Positions 1 through 5,288 of a DNA stretch of 7,609 bases are shown in pieces. This stretch comes from a virus. Taxonomy: Duplodnaviria > Heunggongvirae > Uroviricota > Caudoviricetes. Location: IMG/VR virus record IMGVR_UViG_2693429748_000010. The stretch is one strand, 5' to 3'. The notes below the pieces were generated by a model. It was given only the letters and a program-made list of their open reading frames with translations. It did no database searches and was not told the origin of the DNA. A program made the translations under genes and the position numbers. Each line of letters begins with the position of its first letter. Position 1 is the stretch's first letter.

Positions 1-437
1 GCCCATACCGGCGGCTTACCATCCGGATACTGGATCTTGTTTGTAAAAACCTCGCTTTCAATAAATTTTTTTCCGTGACAGCAGGGGCACTGTTTTTTGC
101 TCGCCGCGCTACGGGCATAATCTTCAAACGCATACGAAGCCATAATACGCATCACTGCCGGTTTTATTTCTGCCGGGAGTTTTCTTAACGCCGCCACGCG
201 ATCACACCGACTGAGTGCATATTCTGTCAGCAATTCTGTTGCCCGCTCTCTGTCATTCATACTAATGCCCATTTTCCCAAGGAACGCAGAAACCCCCATC
301 TCAGCCCGATTCTGTGTCATGCCCTGCGCGGCCATCACATCAGTGATACTCAGCGCATCTTTCGACGTTGAGGCCGATGCATCAGTCAGGCCGGGGGATT
401 TTGGGGAGTAGTATTTCGGTAAATCTTCCAGTTTCAT
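1..437 (-). CDS. Late-gene antiterminator Q, lambda/P22 gene-23 type; partial, C-terminus lies beyond window start
   Basis: ATG at 437..435 opens a minus-strand frame with no stop down to position 3. Manual translation MKLEDLPKYYSPKSPGLTDASASTSKDALSITDVMAAQGM...ASYAFEDYARSAASKKQCPCCHGKKF matches the N-terminal and Cys/His-region pattern I recall for lambda Q and P22 gp23. Start overlaps rusA stop (ATGA). Confidence 0.8.
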   Translation of the reverse strand, partial: MKLEDLPKYYSPKSPGLTDASASTSKDALSITDVMAAQGMTQNRAEMGVSAFLGKMGISMNDRERATELLTEYALSRCDRVAALRKLPAEIKPAVMRIMASYAFEDYARSAASKKQCPCCHGKKFIESEVFTNKIQYPDGKPPVW

Positions 438-814
438 TTTTTGACCTGCTCTTCATGCATTATGGGGTAAATCTTCACCCCCAGACGTCCACCAGATACT
501 GGCTGACCACGAACGATATTGATTTCATCAAACTGCTCATCGTCCATTAGCAACCCCGCATGCGTCAGCGCATCCAGCGGCGCTTTCAGAATATTGTCCA
601 GGTCACGGCGGCGCTTATCCGGTGGTTCTGCAATAATTTTTATTGCCAACCTTCCGGACAGGCTTAATTTCAGCCGCTGCTGGCGAACAATAAGCGCCAC
701 TGCCCGGCGATAACGCTCCCCGGCTTTTGATACAAAATATGTGCTGCCACGACGACGCCAGTAAGTGTTCACCGTCGGCGGGTAAGGTAAAACAAATTCT
801 ATGCGCTCGGTCAT
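434..814 (-). CDS. rusA: RusA-family Holliday junction resolvase
   Basis: 126 aa ORF starting at a true ATG (814). Contains the RusA acidic motif region DKRRRDLDNILKAPLDALTHAGLLMDDEQ and typical size. Stop TGA 436..434 overlaps the Q start; the upstream DUF968 stop TAA abuts its ATG. Confidence 0.85.
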   Translation of the reverse strand: MTERIEFVLPYPPTVNTYWRRRGSTYFVSKAGERYRRAVALIVRQQRLKLSLSGRLAIKIIAEPPDKRRRDLDNILKAPLDALTHAGLLMDDEQFDEINIVRGQPVSGGRLGVKIYPIMHEEQVKK

Positions 815-1873
815 TTATGCTTTCCACTTCAGAACACCCGAATTTCTCGCGTGCATTAAAAAACGAATCAGCAACAACAGCTGACTGCCGTGTTTCTCTT
901 CAAAATCTTTTACTCCGGCATGTAGTTCGTTACGGCATTTACGGCATAACGGAATAACAAACAAATCATCAGCCTTTGTTCCCATCCCTCCCAGTCCATG
1001 ACCAATGATGTGATGCGGATCATCTGCCTGATTGCCACACGTCATGCATTTCTGCGTTTTTACCCAGCGCGTGTATACAGGCATCTCTTCCCGTTGTGAT
1101 TTCTGGCGCTGGAGATACTGAGCCGGTGACTCCGGATCAACGGCAATGCTGACCACCGTCTTTTCCTGTGGTGGGTTCTGTTGCTGGTGGACGTGAGGCA
1201 GTAACGCAATATTTTTTGTGCGCTGCTTCAGTATGCTGGTGGCTGTCTGCTCTCCCGGTATGATGTCGCTTTCACTGTACACAGAGCGAATTTTTTCCGC
1301 ACGCAACCCCAGCGAACGACGTAATACCGCTTCCGGTAGCGCGTCCGCCACCTGATTGCGGACCGCCCACCAGGATAATTCAGCCAGAGATAATTCACGC
1401 TCCTGCGTACCGCTTATTGCGTGACCGATGACGTCAATCATCCATGCTGACAGGTTTTGATGAGCAAGTTGCTCGAGTGATTCGGATGTCTGGTCACGCA
1501 GCTGGTTGTCGCAGTGCCAGCACAACACCATTGCGCCGGTACCATAACGGTGAATGACGGTTTCGCTGTGATGATAATCGCCGTGTGGCCACTGGCAGGA
1601 TTTAATATGGCGCAACAGCCAGTCAGACAATGCACCAGCACCACCAGCAGCACGAATCACCCGTGCGTTACTGAAAAACGGCAGCAATGTTTTGTCTTCC
1701 ACCAGCGGCTGGCGAGCGGCAGGAACGACCCCGGACGGCAGATTACGCATGCTTTTTGGTTCCGGCTCCACCAGTATTCTGCCGTTATGGAATGCTGACA
1801 TTGATTCACGGCCTGGCTTAACGATAACCAGACCGAGTTCCGGTACCAGAACAGGTCGAAGTAATACCCGCAC
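815..1873 (-). CDS. DUF968-family prophage protein (YdfU-like) with C-terminal YbcO-like Cys/His zinc-ribbon domain
   Basis: 352 aa ORF. Track start at 1873 is GTG with GGAGG 4 nt upstream; the true start may be an internal ATG. C-terminal segment CMTCGNQADDPHHIIGHGLGGMGTKADDLFVIPLCRKCRNELH parallels the Cys/His pattern of the 96 aa YbcO-like ORF at 3441..3731. Position immediately upstream of rusA and Q is typical for nin-region nucleases. Confidence 0.65.
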   Translation of the reverse strand: MRVLLRPVLVPELGLVIVKPGRESMSAFHNGRILVEPEPKSMRNLPSGVVPAARQPLVEDKTLLPFFSNARVIRAAGGAGALSDWLLRHIKSCQWPHGDYHHSETVIHRYGTGAMVLCWHCDNQLRDQTSESLEQLAHQNLSAWMIDVIGHAISGTQERELSLAELSWWAVRNQVADALPEAVLRRSLGLRAEKIRSVYSESDIIPGEQTATSILKQRTKNIALLPHVHQQQNPPQEKTVVSIAVDPESPAQYLQRQKSQREEMPVYTRWVKTQKCMTCGNQADDPHHIIGHGLGGMGTKADDLFVIPLCRKCRNELHAGVKDFEEKHGSQLLLLIRFLMHARNSGVLKWKA

Positions 1874-1874
1874 A

Positions 1875-2153
1875 TTACCTCCAGATCCGTTGCTGGAATG
1901 TGCGGGACGGACGCGTTGGCCGTTCGGAGTAAGGGAGCCTGACGGAGATTATCCAGTGACGGTAGTCGAGGCTAAGGGCTTTTTTAACCTCGCATCCGCG
2001 CCTGCGGTAACACTGAATGAGCCATTCGGCCTGTTCTTCAGTGCATGGGGGATGCTGGTACCAATCAGATTTAAATGCGTGAGAGCGCCGCCCGTGCCTG
2101 CTGGCAAAGACGGCTGAATTATCAGAATTGTGTAGTCTGGAATTTTGCGCCAT
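1875..2153 (-). CDS. Hypothetical 92 aa ORF, possibly a decayed or truncated relative of the 200 aa gene at 3731..4330
   Basis: True ATG at 2153 preceded by the same GGAGAAAG Shine-Dalgarno and MA start as the 200 aa gene; sequence diverges after a few codons. Stop TAA 1877..1875 ends 1 nt before the DUF968 GTG. Arg-rich odd C-terminus; coding status uncertain. Confidence 0.3.
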   Translation of the reverse strand: MAQNSRLHNSDNSAVFASRHGRRSHAFKSDWYQHPPCTEEQAEWLIQCYRRRGCEVKKALSLDYRHWIISVRLPYSERPTRPSRTFQQRIWR

Positions 2154-2219
2154 CGGCTTTCTCCGGTGGCACAGTGTTACTCAACAGGGGTTCAGCCCTG
2201 CGCTGAATTGTAGATGAAT

Positions 2220-2480
2220 TCACTCATCTTCAAAAGCAGAAAAACCAGCCTTAATCCCAGCTTCTTTCAGAGACGGCAACGATGTGACAAATTCATTTGC
2301 ACGCGAAATAAAACCATCCGTCACAAGCCCATCCACAAAATGAATTAACGCAGCTCCACTCTTCCTTTGTTGAGACTGTAAACATTTAATACGGCAGTGG
2401 CTGACAATAGCGCCATTCTCAACGCGCACAGTATAGAGGCCATCTTCACTAAAAATTTCACGTAATTCTTCGATTTTCAT
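2220..2480 (-). CDS. Hypothetical 86 aa protein; paralog of 4369..4656; candidate Rem-like by position only
   Basis: ATG at 2480 (track start at 2483 is TTG). Sequence MKIEELREIFSEDGLYTVRVENGAIVSHCRIKCLQSQQRKSGA... is very similar to the 95 aa ORF over about 70 residues, then diverges through a 1-nt indel. Preceded by promoter-like element and a short coupled leader ORF. Confidence 0.5.
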   Translation of the reverse strand: MKIEELREIFSEDGLYTVRVENGAIVSHCRIKCLQSQQRKSGAALIHFVDGLVTDGFISRANEFVTSLPSLKEAGIKAGFSAFEDE

Positions 2481-2527
2481 CAACAGAATCCTTCCAGATA
2501 AATAGCACTCCCCTGTTCGGGGTCCAT
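2480..2527 (-). CDS. Candidate leader peptide, 15 aa (MDPEQGSAIYLEGFC), translationally coupled to the 86 aa gene
   Basis: ATG at 2527 preceded by purine-rich GGGAGAAGAGGG. Stop TGA overlaps the downstream ATG (TGATG). Nearly identical copy upstream of the paralogous 95 aa gene. Confidence 0.25.
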   Translation of the reverse strand: MDPEQGSAIYLEGFC

Positions 2528-2562
2528 CCCTCTTCTCCCTGCGCGCTACTTAAGTATTTTTG

Positions 2563-2592
2563 ATTCTATTCCGGCACCATCTAAAACTTCAA
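2563..2592 (-). promoter_or_regulatory. Candidate sigma70 promoter for the leader-peptide/86 aa transcript (TTGAAG-N18-TAGAAT)
   Basis: Minus-strand -35 TTGAAG (2592..2587) and -10 TAGAAT (2568..2563). Same hexamers with a different spacer recur upstream of the paralogous module (4738..4765) and again at 6089..6118. Confidence 0.35.
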
Positions 2593-2610
2593 ACGCGTTG
2601 AAAATAAAAA

Positions 2611-2630
2611 CAAAAACCCGCCGAAGCGNC
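2611..2630 (-). terminator. Rho-independent terminator whose 5' stem arm is formed by the tRNA 3' end
   Basis: Minus-strand RNA GCCGC-TTCG-GCGGG followed by TTTTTGTTTTTATTTTC, assuming N at 2629 is G. The intact version (CCCGC-TTCG-GCGGG-TTTTT) is at 6138..6156. Confidence 0.45.
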
Positions 2631-2700
2631 CCTTGCTGGACTTGAACCAGCGACCTGGCGATTATGAGTCGCTCGCTCTGACCAACTGAGCTAAAGGGCC
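2627..2700 (-). tRNA. tRNA with CAU anticodon, most likely tRNA-Ile2 (lysidine) type; no encoded CCA
   Basis: Manual fold of minus-strand GGCCCTT-TA-GCTC-AGTTGGTCA-GAGC-G-AGCGA-CTCATAA-TCGCC-AGGTC-GCTGG-TTCAAGT-CCAGC-AAGGG[N]C-G: 7 bp acceptor stem (needs N2629=G), 4 bp D stem, 5 bp T stem with TTCAAGT loop, anticodon loop CT-CAT-AA. Closely resembles E. coli ileX as I recall it. One A-C mismatch at the top of the anticodon stem. Confidence 0.75.
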
Positions 2701-2788
2701 GGAGGCAGAATAATAACCATATGTCATCACATCTGCAAACTCATCTGACCACCAGCACGTTTAACGTCCTGTGCCGTTTTTCAGGTAT

Positions 2789-2810
2789 AAAAAAACCCGC
2801 ATAAAGCGGG
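2789..2810 (-). terminator. Rho-independent terminator, candidate tR' of the Q82-like late region
   Basis: Minus-strand CCCGC-TTTAT-GCGGG followed by TTTTTTT, about 80 nt downstream of the Q-like stop. Confidence 0.55.
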
Positions 2811-2871
2811 CTCTTTCAAATGTCCATGTCTGCTATTCGCCTCGCGGTACAGCTTTGCGAAGCGTACAAGA

Positions 2872-2900
2872 ATTGAAGCAGTTTTTACGTCAAAAAGCAA
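2872..2900 (-). promoter_or_regulatory. Candidate late promoter (PR'-like) overlapping the 3' end of the Q-like gene
   Basis: Minus-strand TTGCTT (2900..2895), 17 nt spacer, TGc-TTCAAT extended -10 (2877..2872). Hexamer-level guess only; a TTGACG hexamer at 2893..2888 overlaps the Q stop codon. Confidence 0.25.
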
Positions 2901-3444
2901 TAACTTTTTTCTCTATACCAAAAGCCATAACCATTGGTTTGTACAAAATAAATTCTGCCACCTTTAGCCAATGCTCAATGCGTCTTTCACAGGTTCTTAA
3001 ACTCCATTTCGGGTGTGCATCATTCAGCAGTTCAGCCATTTTGCGTTTGGTCATCCCCCGCCCCTCATACCGTTGCCGAAGGACGCTAATCAATCCTGGA
3101 TGCTCTGCCAGCACCTCACTTATGACCCGATCAATACATAACGCCTCTGCATCAGTACAATGCGCCAGCCAGCTCTTTTGCTTACCGTTAATCATATCCC
3201 GCAAAAAAGCCTCAAGTTCAGACTTGTTCAGACCTGCTTTTTTCATCCTCCGGAGCGCCTCGTTAATTGCCGTTTTTGTCAGCTTTTTAGAGGTCAACAT
3301 CAGGTTAAACATATTCCCCGTCTTACCGCCACCAATATACGACCAGCGCCCCCACATACGTAGTTTTCCCTGAATCCAGACACTTTCCAGCGTGGTGAGA
3401 CGAAGGTGTTCTCCGCTTTTTCCTGTATTCGTTGGGTAAATCAT
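2890..3444 (-). CDS. Putative late antiterminator Q, phage 82-like family (family assignment uncertain)
   Basis: 184 aa from ATG 3444 (GGAGGG Shine-Dalgarno upstream); the track start at 3564 overlaps the upstream gene and is unlikely. Motifs LESVWIQGKLRMWGRW, RDMING, LRQRYEGRGMTKRKMAELL resemble what I recall of Q82-type antiterminators. Stop/start ATGA overlap with the YbcO-like gene; followed by terminator and tRNA as in Q-to-lysis regions. Confidence 0.5.
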   Translation of the reverse strand: MIYPTNTGKSGEHLRLTTLESVWIQGKLRMWGRWSYIGGGKTGNMFNLMLTSKKLTKTAINEALRRMKKAGLNKSELEAFLRDMINGKQKSWLAHCTDAEALCIDRVISEVLAEHPGLISVLRQRYEGRGMTKRKMAELLNDAHPKWSLRTCERRIEHWLKVAEFILYKPMVMAFGIEKKVIAF

Positions 3445-3731
3445 AAATATCCCTCCTTTCTCCAGATTTCTTGTGTGCGAAAAACACCTTCTGCATGCAT
3501 CAGGCGTAATTCTTCTTTGGTGTAATCGCTGGTTTTTACCCGCCCGTCGATTAAATCGTGGCACGAGCTACAGGCAATCGCTGCCTGCATATCGTGTGGC
3601 TTTATCGCTGTTCCGCACGTTCCCGCCAGTCGGTAATGCGCCAGCACAGACGTTTCCGGATCGTGATTGCAGTAGCCAGGAATTCTGACGGTGCACATCT
3701 GCCCCCGCGCCGCTTTACGTAAATCCACCAT
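3441..3731 (-). CDS. ybcO: YbcO-like (DUF1364) putative zinc-dependent nuclease
   Basis: 96 aa, true ATG at 3731. Cys/His pattern CTVRIPGYC...AHYRLAGTCGT...ACSSCHDLIDG; size and nin-region context match YbcO. Stop TGA overlaps the Q-like ATG; its own ATG overlaps the upstream stop (TAATG). Confidence 0.7.
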   Translation of the reverse strand: MVDLRKAARGQMCTVRIPGYCNHDPETSVLAHYRLAGTCGTAIKPHDMQAAIACSSCHDLIDGRVKTSDYTKEELRLMHAEGVFRTQEIWRKEGYL

Positions 3732-4330
3732 TACGCAAACTCCAGCAGCTGCGCGGCCACATTTTCGACTTGTTCCGGAGAGGAAAATTTACGGAACAGA
3801 ATCCAGTTCCACAGCACATTCAGAACAGATTTATAAACCTGCTGAAACTCGGTTTCGTCCATATTCGCAAACGCGATAGATTTCGCCCGACACCCACGGC
3901 TACCGTCCGGATAAAAATGCTCGGTGTAAAATCCAGCCTGAATGGTTACCCACTCGCGAAAAGCCTCAAACGACTTTAGCAATGCCGTATCACTGGTTCT
4001 GCGTGTCGCAACTGTATTCAGATATTGCTCTGCGGCTTCGCTCAGAGCTGGCGTATGTTCCCGGCCTACTGATTCACACAGGTAATCAACGAAACCGGAC
4101 ACCAGTTTTCGTTCGCGAGGCGTGATCGCCCCACCGACCGGAGTCCAGTAATCGAAACCCAGTTGCAGGAGTTTGAAAAAACGCTTGTGGAATGCGTAGT
4201 TACACACACGCTTAAAGTCTGCGTGTATCCACTCACCTATTTTGATTTGATGCAGAAAATCGCAACTCTCCGGCGTCGCCGGGAGAAGTAATCCGGAAGA
4301 GGTTTGTTTGACCAGTTGTATATGTGCCAT
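3731..4330 (-). CDS. Nin-region protein of unknown function, 199 aa
   Basis: ATG at 4330 preceded by GGAGAAAG at 6 nt spacing; the track start at 4372 lacks a ribosome-binding site. Long uninterrupted frame, coupled to ybcO-like gene. Family not recognised with confidence (possibly a DUF1367-like prophage protein). Confidence 0.6.
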   Translation of the reverse strand: MAHIQLVKQTSSGLLLPATPESCDFLHQIKIGEWIHADFKRVCNYAFHKRFFKLLQLGFDYWTPVGGAITPRERKLVSGFVDYLCESVGREHTPALSEAAEQYLNTVATRRTSDTALLKSFEAFREWVTIQAGFYTEHFYPDGSRGCRAKSIAFANMDETEFQQVYKSVLNVLWNWILFRKFSSPEQVENVAAQLLEFA

Positions 4331-4368
4331 CGGCTTTCTCCGGTGGCACGGTGTTACACAGCAGGAGT

Positions 4369-4656
4369 TCAATCCTGCTCAAGATTGTAGATGAGTTTAT
4401 TCTTCAGCAAAAGCAGAAAACCAGCCTTAAAACCAATCTCTTTCAAAACCCGTAATGATGTGACAAATTCGTCCTCACGCAAAATAAAACCGTCCGTCAG
4501 AAGTCCATTACAAAAATAAAATAACACAGCACCGCTCTTCCTTTGTTGAGATTGCAAACATCTAATGCGGCAATGGCTGACAATCGCTCCATTCTCAACG
4601 CGCACAGCATAGAGGCCATTTTCACTAAAAATTTCACGCAATTCTTCGATTTTCAT
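4369..4656 (-). CDS. Hypothetical 95 aa protein; paralog of 2220..2480
   Basis: True ATG at 4656. N-terminal ~70 aa nearly identical to the 86 aa paralog; C-terminus differs because of an indel-induced frame change. Confidence 0.5.
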   Translation of the reverse strand: MKIEELREIFSENGLYAVRVENGAIVSHCRIRCLQSQQRKSGAVLFYFCNGLLTDGFILREDEFVTSLRVLKEIGFKAGFLLLLKNKLIYNLEQD

Positions 4657-4658
4657 CT

Positions 4659-4703
4659 TCAGAATCCTTCCAGATAAATAGCTCTCCCCTGTTCGGGGTC
4701 CAT
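4659..4703 (-). CDS. Candidate leader peptide, 14 aa (MDPEQGRAIYLEGF)
   Basis: Same arrangement as 2480..2527; stop TGA lies 2 nt before the ATG of the 95 aa gene. Confidence 0.25.
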   Translation of the reverse strand: MDPEQGRAIYLEGF

Positions 4704-4737
4704 CCCTCTTCTCCCTGCGCGCTACTTAAGTGAGTCG

Positions 4738-4765
4738 ATTCTATCTGCGAAGGTGCGCGAATCAA
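4738..4765 (-). promoter_or_regulatory. Candidate sigma70 promoter (TTGATT-N16-TAGAAT) for the leader-peptide/95 aa transcript
   Basis: Minus-strand -35 at 4765..4760 and -10 at 4743..4738; hexamers conserved with the 2563..2592 copy while the spacer diverged. Confidence 0.35.
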
Positions 4766-4785
4766 ATTCACCGGAAATAAACAAC

Positions 4786-4828
4786 AAAAAACCCGCCGAA
4801 ACGCTGAGAGATCACAGCGATGGGCGGG
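4786..4828 (-). terminator. Structured 3' end and rho-independent terminator of hok locus B
   Basis: Minus-strand CCCGCC ... GGCGGG enclosing an inner hairpin CGCTG-9 nt-CAGCG, followed by TTTTTT. Confidence 0.5.
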
Positions 4829-4905
4829 TTAAGTGCGGGTGCGTTGAGGATGCCTGACACATCAGAGGTGGGCGGGGATGGGATCAGCTCCCCGCCCGGT
4901 CACTC

Positions 4906-5061
4906 TTACTTCCTGGATTCGTAGTCTACGAAGACAGCGACCTCCGTCTGGCCGGTTCGGATTCGTACCTCACAGAGGTCTTTCCTCGTTACCAGTGCCG
5001 TCACTATGACGGTTAAACAGATGACGATCAGGGCGATTAACATCGCCTTTTGCTGCTTCAT
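4906..5061 (-). CDS. hok: Hok-family type I toxin (51 aa) with variant C-terminus
   Basis: MKQQKAMLIALIVICLTVIVTALVTRKDLCEVRIRTGQTEVAVFVDYESRK: first 44 residues identical to E. coli HokD as I recall it, last 7 differ. AAGGAGAAG Shine-Dalgarno 6 nt upstream of a true ATG. Track ORF is an in-frame upstream extension. Confidence 0.75.
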   Translation of the reverse strand: MKQQKAMLIALIVICLTVIVTALVTRKDLCEVRIRTGQTEVAVFVDYESRK

Positions 5062-5118
5062 AGCCTGCTTCTCCTTGCCTTTCGGCATGTAAGAGGCTAA
5101 CCTACATGTGCAAAGCAT

Positions 5119-5283
5119 GAAATTGGCCTCAGATTAATGTTAAGCGTCTTGCCGGACGCGTAATGTTAACTGGGGCTTTTCTCTATCTGCCTTTTGGTGT
5201 TCATGCCTGAAGCAGATAGCCTCAAGCACCCGCAGTCATTCTACTTACCTCGCCAATATGAAATCAATCAGAAAGGTGCCCCA
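5119..5283. repeat. hok leader/promoter repeat, copy B
   Basis: Near-identical to 6445..6604; partial diverged copy at 6626..6748. Confidence 0.8.
5238..5267 (-). promoter_or_regulatory. Candidate promoter of hok locus B (TTGATT-N18-TAGAAT)
   Basis: Minus-strand -35 at 5267..5262 and -10 at 5243..5238, about 170 nt upstream of hok; identical element at 6559..6588. Confidence 0.4.
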
Positions 5284-5288
5284 TAAAA

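Larger units (their letters stand above)
2150..2577. repeat. Module repeat copy A (promoter, leader ORF, 86 aa gene, hairpin, shared Shine-Dalgarno and start)
   Basis: About 80-85 percent identical by eye, with indels, to 4327..4735. Confidence 0.7.
4327..4735. repeat. Module repeat copy B
   Basis: Paralogous to 2150..2577. Confidence 0.7.

Noticed and set aside
519-957. Plus-strand ORFs 519..713 and 727..957 and minus-strand ORF 615..827
   Set aside because: All overlap rusA or the DUF968 gene in other frames or strands; rusA has motif support and they do not.
1692-2117. 141 aa plus-strand ORF (and the 94 aa ORF at 1514..1798)
   Set aside because: Antisense to the DUF968 and 92 aa minus-strand frames, Arg/Gly/Pro-rich translation typical of reverse-strand reading of GC-rich coding sequence.
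2771-3373. 200 aa plus-strand ORF
   Set aside because: Lies entirely antisense to the better-supported minus-strand Q-like gene, has no ribosome-binding site and a low-complexity Ser/Arg/Leu-rich translation; treated as a shadow frame.
3445-3564. Upstream extension of the Q-like ORF to the track start at 3564
   Set aside because: The extension overlaps 120 nt of the YbcO-like gene in another frame; the ATG at 3444 has a GGAGGG site and an ATGA overlap with the upstream stop.
3691-3979. Plus-strand ORFs 3691..3879 and 3770..3979
   Set aside because: Antisense to the 200 aa and YbcO-like genes, no ribosome-binding sites.
4331-4372. Upstream extension of the 200 aa ORF to the track start at 4372
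   Set aside because: No ribosome-binding site, overlaps the stop region of the 95 aa gene; the ATG at 4330 has a GGAGAAAG site and is conserved with the 2153 start.
2150-4735. Insertion sequence or transposon accounting for the duplicated module
   Set aside because: No transposase-like ORF and no terminal inverted repeats flank the repeated units; repeat content is promoter plus small genes, consistent with phage module duplication.
5062-5118. N-terminally extended 70 aa Hok ORFs from the track (also 6383..6439)
   Set aside because: Hok toxins are about 50 aa and the internal ATG has a strong AAGGAGAAG site; the extensions differ between the two copies while the 51 aa core is conserved. An in-frame upstream start acting in a mok-like role cannot be excluded.
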